Positions 25,445-36,743 of a stretch of 64,000 nt of DNA are shown in pieces. The stretch's first letter is position 1. Each line of letters starts with the position of its first letter. The stretch spans positions 164,114,001 through 164,178,000 of the forward strand of contig OY740781.1 in assembly GCA_963514005.1 (NCBI GenBank). Reading direction: 5' to 3'. Both the position numbers and the translations under genes were made by a program. The notes beneath the pieces are model-generated. The model worked only from the letters and a program-made list of their open reading frames with translations, ran no database searches and was not told the origin of the DNA. Source of the stretch: Raja brachyura. Its lineage: Eukaryota.

Positions 25445-25588
25445 TGTTATGTTCCGGACGGCAGAATGAATAACAACTTACACGCTGGTTGCCTGGATCA
25501 TGAGAGAGAGATTTATTACCCAACGTTCCCTGCTTATATTGAACACCAACTCATTGACATATACATGGTTATGTATGAATACATTACA
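25445..25588 (-). repeat. 5' LTR (copy 1)
   Basis: TGTAATG...ATAACA on minus, adjacent to PBS. Confidence 0.95.
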
Positions 25589-25623
25589 CTTTGTATGGAA
25601 AAGATCAGATTTGCAAATGCTTT

Positions 25624-26263
25624 ATTTTTTTTCCGCTTTAATTTTTATTGCTTCTATGTATACACAAATAAAACACAAATATAACAACGAAACATACAGC
25701 ATTACAGTGAAACGTACAACAGTGCAGCGGGGGGTTCAGTTTACAATTAATGATGCAGTATACAGAACTATTTTCATATTAAAACATTTTCCAATAACTT
25801 ACATTATTGTCCATAAAATTATACAGTGTTGATGTCTTTATTTCTATACCTAATCCATTTTCCCCATTTTCTATTAAACTCGTCTTCTTTCACTCTTAGA
25901 GAATATGTCATTTTCTCCATGACAAATATTTCCTGTACTATGTCTAACCCTTGTCTAAGTCTGGGTGTGTCCGCTCCAAGCCAGTTTCTTGTAATGGCCT
26001 TTCTGCCAGCTGTGAGTAGGATTTTAACCAAGTAATGGTCTTCCTTCAGCACCACTGTATTTATATTACCCAGGTATAAAATGGAACACTTCTTGCAGAC
26101 TGTATATCCTAATACCTCCGTTAATTCTGAATTCACTGTCCCAAAATGGTTCTATTTTTGGGCAACTCCAGAAGATATGTGCATGATTTGTGTCTGTTTG
26201 GCCACATTGCCTCCAGCAGGTTTGCTGCCTTAGAATTTGCTTGCTTTTTATGTTAGGCGTAAC
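25624..26263 (-). mobile_element. 5'-truncated L1 LINE (ORF2 C-terminus, 3' UTR, poly-A)
   Basis: CWRQCGQTDTNHAHIFWSCPKIEPFW...RKAITRNWL...MEKMTYSLR...KWGKW; T-run at 25621-25632. Confidence 0.9.
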
Positions 26264-26502
26264 AGTCCTGCAATGTATTTAAAGGATGAGTTCACAAAGT
26301 CTCCCATCCTCGTCGCCAATTTTGTTATATTACGGACGGCAGAATGAATAACAACTTACACGCTGGTTGCCTGGATCATGAGAGAGAGATATATTACCCA
26401 ACGTTCCCTGCTTATATTGAACACCAACTGATTGACATATACATGGTTATGTATGAATACATTACACTTTGTATGGAAAAGATCAGATTTGCAAATGCTT
26501 TA
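26264..26502. repeat. Direct duplication of 25386-25624 (PBS, 5' LTR copy 2 at 26323-26466, flank)
   Basis: 239 bp, offset 878, 5 substitutions counted by eye. Confidence 0.92.
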
Positions 26503-27384
26503 AGAATCAAATGGAAGCAGAATCAGTTATAGATGGTGATAGAATTCATAATGTATTTTGTAACTGCGCCTGGTTTTGTAGGACGTATAATGTCTGTAAA
26601 GAATACAATGGTAAACTAACAATGTTAACATTACTGCTGATAAGGAATTCAGATCAAGTATGTCCTAGCGTAGAAACATTAGCATTCATTTTTATGGAAA
26701 GTTAAATGCATTTCAAAAAGCTCAATCTATGATCATCGAAGGTCAGTTTTCACCATTAGTTCCATGCTGCAGGCTAGTTACATCAATGATAGCACTAGTT
26801 TATAAAAACACCATTTACAAATGAGGTGTTGCAGCCAATATGACATTTGAACATTGTATTAGATGTACCCTGCAGTCAACAGTAAAGTCAGGGGCAATAA
26901 TAGAGCAGCTATATTTGTAGCAGCACAAACATTGTATTAACTCAAAGAAGGGGATGTTTCTGAGGTAATCATGCAGCACATTCAGTTATTTTCATTTTGC
27001 TTTCATTATACAGTGGGGGCAGGTTTGTTTTCTGCTCTCCAGCCTTATGCAGTGGCTTGCTGGGGTCTCAAACACTGTGATGAGCCTCTTGCCATCTGCA
27101 ATGAGCCCACAAATGCTGGGCCTATCTCCTTGACAAGGTTGTCCAGCGAATTGGCTGCGTTGCGATCAGCACCTGGAACCTTATTTCTTCCCCCATCCTT
27201 CCCTCAACGCTTGTGACATAGTATGAGCTGATCTGTGAGCAACCAGAACCCACAGGTTATCACTCAGGTGTGAAGATGGCAGTTCACCTTGTCAAAGCAC
27301 ATGTGGGTGAAGAGCATGGTTGAAGCCCCATTACCTGTGTACATAACAGAGCTGAAGATAGGCGCAAAATGCTGGAGTAACTCA

Positions 27385-27798
27385 ATGTGATCATGGCTGA
27401 TCATCCAACTCAGTATCCCGTACCTGCCTTCTCTCCATACCCCCTGATCCCTCTAGCCACAAGTGCCATATCTAACGCCCTCTTAAATATAGCCAATGAA
27501 CTGGCCTCAACTACCTTCTGTGGCAGAGAATTCCAGAGACTCACCACTCTCTGTGTAAAGAATGTTTTCCTCATTTCGGTTCTAAAGGAATTCCCCCTTA
27601 TCCTTAGACTGTGACCCCTTGTTCTGAACTCACCCAACATCGGGAACAATCTTCCAGCATCTAGCTTGTCCAACCCCTTAAGAATTTTGTAAGTTTCTAT
27701 AAGATCCCCCCTCAATCTTCTAAATTCCAGCGAGTACAAGCCGAGTCTATCCAATCTTTCCTCATATGAAAGTCCTGACATCCCAGGAATCAGTCTGG
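27385..27798 (-). mobile_element. Young CR1 fragment nested in a Penelope module
   Basis: ORF 27410..27781 nearly identical to the C-terminus of 47195..48478. Confidence 0.92.
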
Positions 27799-28224
27799 TT
27801 GCCTGTCCCGCTGTGTTACTCCAGCATTTTGTGTCAATCTTTGGTTTAAATCAGCATCTGCAGTTCCTTTCTATATACAACAAAGCTTCCTGGCTTAATG
27901 GCTTTAACCAACAAAGATGGGAATGGAGGGAACCTGATGGTCATTGTTTTCAGGCTATTCTTTCATTGAACTATCATTTCAAGATGCTAAGAATATTACT
28001 GAAACTGTTTGCATTCTTTGGGTTTCTCTGCTGCCTGAGTCCACTGGTCTAGGCAATGGGAATACCCTGTCATTGCCAGCCTGGGTGATGCTGGGTGATG
28101 CATGAGCATAATGAAACCCAGCAAACTCATGGCCGAGGTGTTACTGGCCTTATTGTGAAATACTTTGAATAAGTTCAAATGTAATTCAGGGGACTTGAAG
28201 GCCAAAGAGTGGGCACAACTTGGG

Positions 28225-29003
28225 GAACTAGATGAAGGAAAAATGTTCCCAATGTTGGGAGAGTCCAGAACCAGGGGTCACAGTTTAAGAATAAGGGGTA
28301 GACCATTTAGGATGATGAAAAACGTTTTCACCCAGAGAGTTGTGATTCTGTGGAATTCTCTGCCACAGAAGGCAGTGGAGGCCGATTCACTGGATGTTTT
28401 CAAGAGAGAGTTACATTTAGCTCTTGTAGGTTGTAGGCCCCCCTCGGTCATGACTGACAATGGATGATGCATCCTGGTCGGATGCAAGCCTAGGCGATGT
28501 CATATGGAGGACAGGCTGTTGCCCATGCAGCACGTCCCCCCCTCTCCACATCGCTGATCGATCCAAAGGAACAGCAGGGCCGTTACAGTTTGGCATCAGC
28601 GCCGTCGCAGGAGCTGCCAGAGCGAGCAACGATGAACTGCCTTAGGGGCTCCGACTCCAGATTTTCTTGAGGTTTACTCCTGGAGCCTTTTCCATGCCAG
28701 GATATGGCCACAAGGTAGTGGAGGTTTTAATTCAGAGTTTTCCCTATCCAAGATGGACTGCCTTCCCAGGCTGACGAGCCCCATCTGCCCGAGACTCGTG
28801 GGGGCGGGAGCGTCTACCTTCCTGTGCAGGTCTATAGCACCTGCCCACTGCCCCGGGGCTAAATGAATCTTAGGGCTAAAGGAATCAAGGGATATGAGGG
28901 GAAAAGCAAGAACAGGGTACTGATTTTAGATGATCAACCATGAATGGCTGAATGGCCTACTCCTGCACCTATTTTTATATGTTTCTAAGTTTCTATGTTT
29001 CTA
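28225..29003 (+). mobile_element. CR1 3' fragment split by an insertion
   Basis: MFPMLGESRTRGHSL...; (TTTCTATG)n tail. Confidence 0.88.
28425..28855 (-). mobile_element. Non-autonomous RTE-type element (5' UTR plus short 3' end)
   Basis: Minus strand GGGAAGGCAGTCCATCT...GGAAAACTCTGAATTAAAACC resembles recalled RTE 5' UTRs; (CCTACAA)2 tail. Confidence 0.5.
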
Positions 29004-31674
29004 TTAATGTTATGGGGAAACTAGTACACATGGATTAATCCTGCGCTTATCTGTCCATTTTGTCTTGAAAGGAAAATTTTGCACCACTTTTTAAATTACT
29101 TATAAATTTATGTATGAGTCATGCATATCAGAGTAGTGATAGAAGGCAGCTGTTGTAGGGTCAACAATAGTGATGGCCAATAATTAGTAAATAGGGATGT
29201 GGATTTTACTAATGTGGTGATGTGGAAACCGCAGACAAAGCCTAACAGGAATTTCATTGACTATGCATACACCCATCATTGTAACCGAAATTTGGATCTA
29301 CTGTTAATGAATTTAGACGTGGATAATCACCTCATTCTGTTTGTGACCTATCACCTGTGACCTTGTGACCTGTCTTTCTGAGTTCCGTTCTGCATTTACG
29401 ACCTCAAATTACTGTTAATCTAAATTCTGAGTAATCTTGTCATCTGAGAATATAAAATATGTACTAAAGTCACACTTGACAGGTCAACTTTGGCTTAAAA
29501 AATCGCCCGTTACTTCGAACACCAACTCCACGTGGCCTTTCCATTTTGTTCCTACAGTAACCATGGTTAGAGATTTGGTATTCAATAGGGCATGTTAACC
29601 ATATGTAGTAAAAAAAAGGGAAATTACTGTATTCTTAAAGGATTCAAACATTTTGAGGTTTTGTTGGTTTACAAATGGTTATTTTAATATTTTCCCATTT
29701 TACTTTTGGAAAAAAAAATCTTGTTCTTTCTCCCAGCAGTTAGAAATATTTCTGTGTAAATTTAAATGGCTGAATGTTTTCTGAGATTCCCCTAAACCCT
29801 AAAATAGTGGATACTTTTTCAGGACTTTAGGAGACGAGCTGAAAAAAATGATGAGCATAAAAATTGGCCTTGCTTGTATAAACCTCAAGAAGTCAGCAAT
29901 TGGCGATGCATCTGAGGTGAAGAATCCAAAGCTCTGAACAAGGAGAGATGAAAGCTTGAAGTTAGCAGTAGGTCGGTCCAGAAGATCAACAATCACCAGC
30001 CTTTGATTAGAGTCTTTGAGCCATATAGTATGGAAACAGAGCCTTCGTCCCAACTTGCCCACACGGACCAACATGTCCCATTATCTGTCTGTAAGTTGGA
30101 AGTCGCTGGATTTAATCCAGAGTTTCTGGAAAATTATCAAAATGATTGGGATCGTGGGGACTTTAAAACAAATGCCTGGTACCTGCAGACACAAGAACAC
30201 AGCCTCAGAACCAGTGGGGGTATCTCATGTCCTGTTCGTGTGCCCCTAGCAATATCATTTCACATGCACCTAGATGGAGTCCACAGAGGGAGAGAAACAC
30301 TAAAGTTTTCAGGTGCATTATTCCAACATGTATATCTGCAATCTATGAAGCATCCAGTCGGATGCCTTCGAACTCTGCAGCAAGAGAGCATCATTGAATA
30401 TCTGCAACTGATTGTCAAGGAATATGTGGAGAAAGCAGGAACAGGGTACTGATTTTGGATGATCAACCATGGTGATATTGAATGGCGGTGCTGGCTCAAA
30501 GGGCCAAATGTCCTACTCCTGCACCTATTTTCATGTTTCTATGTTTCTTTCTGCTGCCTTCTATCCATTATTTAGAGCCTTCATTGATATAGGTAAAAGT
30601 TAGTATAATTTTGACACAATCCCTATCGGACTTTGGATAAGTTATATTTCTATGAGCATCCTACCTTTGGTGCGAGCAGTTTAATGAGAGGCAAAAGTTC
30701 CAAGTCAAAGTCAAAGTCAAAGTCAAAGTAAACTTTATTGTAAATTCAATTAATGCAACAAGTAGTTACACAGAGGATTTAAATTGCGTTTCCCCATACT
30801 CCAAATGTGCAAGTAATATTTATAACACACAGACAATATACCATTAAAAATACCATTAAAAAAATATACCATTAAATATAGACATTATATTAAAAAATTC
30901 ACAGTGTGCAGGAGTCTAGTAACATTTTGAGGTATGTTATTAAAGTGCAATAATAAAAGGTACAATATAGAAAAGTGCAAATAGCATACTGCAGACATTG
31001 AGTTAAAGTCAATGAATTTTTATTTAAGACATTGTCTGGCAGGATATCAAGTGTTCCACTTATGTTGCTTTGGTGCCAGATCCAATAAATACATTTTTGT
31101 ATTTATTTTTCCTTTAGTTGAATGAATAATACATATGAACATTTAATGTATATATTATTATGTCTTCAGACCATTTCAAAGTGTTTCAGACATTTGAACG
31201 CAGCAACTTTTCATACGACTTCCAGCAAAATTCCACAAAAACCCAGGCAATGCACGAACAATGAGTCATTTCTAATATCATTTTCGGAGGCTTGAACATT
31301 GTTCACTGTTCCAGATAGCAGGAGAGATCTTGGCTCTTCTTTTAGAGGTGCTCTAGGATCGTAAAGGATCCAAATACACTAAACCTTGTTTTGCTGACTG
31401 TTCCATGGTATCTTCAACATCGCAATGGGGCAAGCTTCTTTTTATGTGCTTAAAACTGGCGTGTAGTTTGATGGCATAATCGTACAAACTGAAATAGATA
31501 ATAATACCTGCCCAGACACAAAATAAATATCAATTTCCTTTAAAAAATATATAGATTTTTAAAGGAAATTGATAGGCATTTATATTATGTTAACATATTC
31601 TGTTGTGCTGCAGCAAGTAAGAATTTCACTGTCCTATCTGGGACATGACAATAAAACACTCTTGGCGACTCCTA

Positions 31675-31717
<43 letters not shown>

Positions 31718-31765
31718 CAAATACACGCACACACATATATACTGTACATATATACTGTATATTAT
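31675..31765. repeat. (CA)n/(TA)n compound microsatellite at the DIRS insertion site
   Basis: Direct inspection. Confidence 0.85.
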
Positions 31766-31991
31766 TAGTGAGATTAAACGAGAACTTACCTGTTCGAAGT
31801 TTGATCTTTATTTTATGAGGAGTTACGATGAGGGATTACGTGAAGAAGACCCCGCCTGGCGCTGGAACGGCATACTTCAAAGCAGCGGCATGAAAAACAC
31901 AGAACCAAATAGCCGGAGTAAAATAGTAAGGCTCAAAATAGACTAGAACTACCAGATGATCATTTATATTATGAGGGTTGGGAGTGGAGGG

Positions 31992-32104
31992 CACGTAATC
32001 CCTCATCGTAACTCCTCATAAAATAAAGATCAAACTTCGAACAGGTAAGTTCTCGTTTAATCTCACTATTTTACTTCGGAGTCACGTGAGTGACTACGTG
32101 AAGA
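31992..32104. repeat. DIRS internal complementary region (ICR)
   Basis: 31992-32068 is the exact reverse complement of 31766-31842; 32068-32104 is the exact reverse complement of 36620-36656. Confidence 0.95.
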
Positions 32105-32342
32105 TTTTAAAGCCCTGTGTTTTCCATGTCGTAAACTCATTTCATACGACTCTCTGTTTGGTCAAAACAGTAGTGAGTAAAAATATTTTAACACATTGTT
32201 ATATTTTATGTAATAAGTCCTTTAATTATAAAAAAGAACAACTTTTTTAAAATAAGAACCCCTCTATTGCAGGGGAAAATTACAACAATTGATAAATGAT
32301 GTAAATGGTAACATAAATCGATAATATAAACAAAGCAAGCAT

Positions 32343-33272
32343 TCAAAGGGAACCCAGTACTGCGTGTCCAAATCCTGGCACCGTGACAACGGGTTTATTG
32401 TAGAACTTTGAAAAAGTTTCTTCTCTAGACCACCCTGCGGCCTCTAAAATTTGATCGAGTGGTACGTCCTGTACCTTCGCCGCGGACGTAGCTGCTGCCC
32501 TAGTGGAGTGAGATTTAAACACATCAGTGTCTATTCCTGCTAGACCCAAAACCTGTTTTAACCATCTAGAAATGGTTTGAACTGAAACTTTTGTATGTGG
32601 TTTTTTGTGTGTTATTAATAACGCTTTCTCAGAACCTCTGAGACTTTTGGTTACCTCCATGTATTGAGTTAAATGCTTAACTACACACAACGTTTCATCA
32701 ATAGGATATGCTTTAAACATTACCTTCATTCCGGTTTTCCCTGGTCTGCTTTGTTTGATCAAGTCATAGACATAAAACACAATGTTATCTGAAGTCACAT
32801 GCATGCAATCCAACCTTAACAATTGCAAAGTCTGTACTCTTTGAGCTGATACCAATGCCATTAACATAACCACCTTGAATGTTAAGTTCTGTAAAGACAT
32901 TGAATTAATTGGAGTCCATTGTTTAAGCAAAGTGAGAACAATGCTAACATCCCAAATTTCTGTATATCTGGGCTTGGGAGGATTTTTATTAAAAATACCT
33001 TTCATGAATCGGGATACTAATGGGTGAGACCCAACTGAATCTCGATCCGAAATTTGTCCTAAATAGGATGACAATGCACTCCGAGCACAATTTATGGCAC
33101 TATAACTCAAATGTTCATCAAAGTGCAACTCAGCAAGGAACTCCAATACATTTGAAATGTTAGCAGAATGATAAGATATCTTTGACTGTGTACAAAAGGC
33201 TTCCCATTTTCTTATATACGACATATATTGTTTTTTAGTGCTAGTCCTCCAAGCTGCATCTATAACATCCAT
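32343..33272 (-). CDS. DIRS tyrosine recombinase, intact (309 aa from first ATG)
   Basis: SAQR (R), KQSRPG (K), HSTR (HxxR), AAGW, FSKFY (Y); ATG context GGACCATGG. Confidence 0.93.
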   Translation of the reverse strand: MDVIDAAWRTSTKKQYMSYIRKWEAFCTQSKISYHSANISNVLEFLAELHFDEHLSYSAINCARSALSSYLGQISDRDSVGSHPLVSRFMKGIFNKNPPKPRYTEIWDVSIVLTLLKQWTPINSMSLQNLTFKVVMLMALVSAQRVQTLQLLRLDCMHVTSDNIVFYVYDLIKQSRPGKTGMKVMFKAYPIDETLCVVKHLTQYMEVTKSLRGSEKALLITHKKPHTKVSVQTISRWLKQVLGLAGIDTDVFKSHSTRAAATSAAKVQDVPLDQILEAAGWSREETFSKFYNKPVVTVPGFGHAVLGSL

Positions 33273-33310
33273 GGTCCTGTCCGACAGTTCAAACTCTTGC
33301 AATGGTCTGG

Positions 33311-35230
33311 TCAGAACCTGCAGATTAACAAATTCATATGATCATGCAATGGATGAATTTCTTTTGTTACTGGTTGTGTCAACAGATTGTCGCAACTGGG
33401 AATAACCATACATGGTTCGATAATCATTTCTAGCATCAATGGGAACCATGACTGTGTGGGCCAATTTGGCACCACCAAAATGCCTTTGGCAGCGTCTTGC
33501 GCTATTTTCTTGAGACATTGCCCAATGAGACAGAATGGGGGAAAAGCATAAAAGAACGTATCCCCCCAGTGTAGCGAGAAAGCATCCACCGCTACTGCCC
33601 CCGGATCGTGTTCCCAAGACACGTATTTCGGCAATTGGTGATTCAATCTAGATGCAAACAGATCAATGTCCGGTACTCCATACCGACTGACAATATTTTT
33701 GAAAATTTGTGGATTTAACATCCATTCTGTATTGTCTTTAAATATCCGTGATCTTTTGTCTGCCACAACATTGTTTCTTCCTGGGAGATAAATAGCTGAA
33801 AGCCAAATATTTTTTGTAATACACCATTGCCATATCTGGTTTACCAGATGATCACATGGAATTGATCTGACACCACCCATGTGATTGATATATGCCACAG
33901 CTGTGGTATTATCTATTTGTACTTGGACATGTAAATCCTTTAATGAAGAGCAATAAGCTTTTAATCCATAGAATGCTCCCAGTAACTCCAAATAATTAAT
34001 ACCATATGTTTGGAGCAATAAATCCTCTTGGACAGCCCATCTGCCTCCACAGCTGGTCTCATTGTCCGTAGCCCCCCCATCCGAGAGAACTTGCGTCAGT
34101 TTGTAATACCACGGCTGGCTGATGAACTAAAATGTTTTTAGCAGCTTGTGGAACATTCTCAATCCACCATTGTAATTCCGATAAAGCTTCCTTAGGCAAT
34201 TGCATTGGCCTATCAAAATGGCCTGCTCGCTGAATTAGTGCTTTAGTTTTTGCCCTTTGAAGATTCTGGTAATGTAACCGACCAAATTCTACTGCTGGAA
34301 ATGCTGCTACCAATTTACCAATACCCTTGGCAACCTCTCGGATGGAGGGATAAGGTTTGTTAATCAATTTTTGACATACATCTGTCAAATCTAACTCCTT
34401 ATTCATTGGTAAAGTTACCAACATGGTGACTGAGTTAATCAGAAACCCCAGATATTCAATGGTTTGGGACGGCTGTAACTTAGACTTTGTTGGATGGTTC
34501 AGAAACCCCAACTTCACCAACAAGCTAATAGTTGCTGAGACTGATTCCCCAGCTAATTCCTGATTAGCATTGACAATTAGAATGTCATCTAGATAAGCCA
34601 TAACGATGTGTTTTTGTGCCCTTAACAGTGCAAGTGCTGGTTTTAACAATTTAGTGAACAATCTAGGTGCTGAACTTAATCCATTTGGCAAAGCTTTGTA
34701 TTGCCACAGCTGTCCCATCCATTTAAACTTTAAATACCTGCGAAAATCATGACGAATTGAGACCGAATAATATGCATCCTTCAAGTCTATTGTAGCCATA
34801 TAACAACCTGTTGATACCAACTGCATTGCAGTGTAGAAAGTGTCCATTTTAAAATGTTTATACTGGACAAATGTATTCAAAAAAGTGAGATCTAAAATGA
34901 TCCTACAACCCCCATCTTTCTTCAGTCTGGGGAATGTTTGATATAATTTGTTGTGGATCCTCTCCTGTCCTCTCGATAACACCTTTTTTACTCAAACTCT
35001 TAATCTCTTTGTCCATTTGATTAACCTCAAACTCGGAGAACCTTAAAGGATGACTAGGGTCATACTGTCCCAATGGAACCATACCTTCCACAAAATCAAT
35101 GGTACAGTGTATAATACCACCCGATCAACTGTAATATTGTCCCATTCCTTATAAAACATTTGGAGTCTACCGCCAATCTGTGGCCCATCCCAGCATTCCT
35201 TTTTTATGGGATAATGTTTATGTACCTCTC
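33311..35230 (-). pseudogene. DIRS pol: RT, RNase H and Dam-like methyltransferase; three frameshifts (~35103, ~34935, ~34075)
   Basis: GGRLQMFYKEW start; IDLKDAYY, LPNGLSSAP, YLDD; TDASSLGWG, INYLEL, IDNTTAV; DIDLFAS and YAFPPF. Confidence 0.92.
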
Positions 35231-36434
35231 CAGCTGGACGAGATGATCTCCTTTTCCCAAGGAATGGGTGTACATTCGGCTGTGTTGGCTGGAAATTCCT
35301 CCTTATCATACTCCTGCCTCGGCTTGTACCAGCTCCAAAATCAAATCTCTTCCTTGAATAGCTAGTCCATCTCTGGCCAAAGTTGAAGGGTCTCATACGA
35401 CCAAAAGTTTTTGCGTCTTCATCCATTTCTTTAATTTGTTTAGACAAATTCTCTCCGAACAAAAACCCAGGAGTTTGAACATTGCTTGGTTTACACAATC
35501 CTGCAAATCTTGGATGTAACAGAGGTCGAATGGCAATCTTCCTCATGCAATTAATCTCAAAAAATGAGTTGCAAAATAAGGCCAACATATGTTTCTGCAC
35601 TTTGGTCATTCCACAACCTTCCACTTGTCTGCCAAATGCAGTAATGCCAGCTGAAATCAGCTTGAGGACTCTTTGAAATCGAATTTCCTGCGCCCGCATA
35701 ATTGATGACATAGGCGCCCAAACAACTGAATTCACCGTAGGTACCTTCAATGAGGCACAATTGATCGGTGTTTTATATATTTCTGCTGTCTCAACCATAA
35801 CAGCCTCTTGAAGCGGGTGAGAGACCATATAATTAATATTGGCCGCCAGGTTTTCTTCCATGGCCTCACCGCTTCCTCCAGGTATAGCAAAGTCTTGTGC
35901 CACATCAGGCACACCTGGATCCATATATTTGAATTGTGGTGTGTCCTCCGGACCACAAACACCACTTGCAGGGTCTGTCTCATACAGCCCTGGTACTCCT
36001 GAAACTTGTTCAAAGGAGACTTCCTCCAGTCCATACCCAGGCACTGGGGTTTCAAATTCCCAATTCGAATTGGCACCATATTCACGATATGGAACCCCCT
36101 CAGGGGCTGCCTGGGAATATTCTGGGTTCGTAGACCCTTGGTTGATTATAGTCTGGAGCATTTTCTCCATTTGGTCCATCCTAAGCCATAAGGCCTTCTT
36201 TTCTGGACCTTCAGAATCAGAGTCCTCTGAAATCCCAGGCCCTGCAGCTTTTCTTTTACTTTTTTGAGGCACTGGGATTTCCTCTACAGTTTCCATTTGT
36301 GGAGCAACCAAAGCCTCACTAACGGGTGTTTCAACGGCCGCCGGTATCGGAACCGGCTCCGCACTAAACTGCTGTCCCGACTCTTCTGAACCCCGGGACG
36401 CACGTTTTACCCGCTGTTTCTTGGCCTTCTCCAT
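35043..36434 (-). CDS. DIRS ORF1 (gag-like), running in frame into the pol N-terminus
   Basis: Acidic/Pro-rich N-terminus, PINCASLKVPTVN, LFGENL; last ~60 aa are pol-derived or out of frame. Confidence 0.8.
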   Translation of the reverse strand: MEKAKKQRVKRASRGSEESGQQFSAEPVPIPAAVETPVSEALVAPQMETVEEIPVPQKSKRKAAGPGISEDSDSEGPEKKALWLRMDQMEKMLQTIINQGSTNPEYSQAAPEGVPYREYGANSNWEFETPVPGYGLEEVSFEQVSGVPGLYETDPASGVCGPEDTPQFKYMDPGVPDVAQDFAIPGGSGEAMEENLAANINYMVSHPLQEAVMVETAEIYKTPINCASLKVPTVNSVVWAPMSSIMRAQEIRFQRVLKLISAGITAFGRQVEGCGMTKVQKHMLALFCNSFFEINCMRKIAIRPLLHPRFAGLCKPSNVQTPGFLFGENLSKQIKEMDEDAKTFGRMRPFNFGQRWTSYSRKRFDFGAGTSRGRSMIRRNFQPTQPNVHPFLGKRRSSRPAGEVHKHYPIKKECWDGPQIGGRLQMFYKEWDNITVDRVVLYTVPLILWKVWFHWDSMTLVIL

Positions 36435-36743
36435 TTTATTTTTCCTCTAACTCCTCCTGGTTTACCCACCAGGCTACGGAGTTCTGAAACCTCGCCCAAA
36501 ATTTTGTAAAACTTCCTTACCTGCGGGCCGGTTCCTTACCGCTGTGTGGAGCTGCGCTCTGCAGCTCTTTCGTTGCCGACAGCGACGACGTAATGCCGTT
36601 CCAGCGCCAGGCGGGGTCTTCTTCACGTAGTCACTCACGTGACTCCGAAGTAAAATTATCCATGTACCTTCACAAAATTAAAAAAAAAGTTTTATATACG
36701 GTATATTTAAAAAAAACATATATAAAACAGTTATTTTTTTAAC

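Larger units (their letters stand above)
20653..25588 (-). mobile_element. Full-length decayed Ty3/Gypsy LTR retrotransposon (Mag / K02A2.6-like)
   Basis: Two ~143-bp TG..CA LTRs, PBS, PPT, gag-PR-RT-RH-IN order; TSD CTTAG/CTTTG (4 of 5). Confidence 0.95.
31766..36656 (-). mobile_element. Full-length DIRS1-like tyrosine-recombinase retrotransposon (4891 bp)
   Basis: gag, RT-RH-MT, YR; 37-bp perfect ITR (31837-31873 / 36593-36629); ICR complementary to both ends; no TSD. Confidence 0.96.

Noticed and set aside
25466-26532. Two near-identical ORFs MNNNLHAGCLDH...
   Set aside because: Antisense reading of the duplicated LTR, not a gene pair
28790-28855. HDV-like ribozyme at the RTE-type 5' end
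   Set aside because: A P1-like helix exists but no P3/L3 or J4/2 consensus
29799-30452. 149-aa and 91-aa ORFs as host exons
   Set aside because: The 149-aa ORF starts and ends in CR1 tail sequence; the middle (GRSRRSTI, TLKFSG) at most weakly recalls a decayed L1 ORF1
32343-34018. Prophage integrase plus Dam methylase (bacterial contamination)
   Set aside because: Both are contiguous with RT/RNase H and DIRS ITR/ICR ends amid vertebrate repeats
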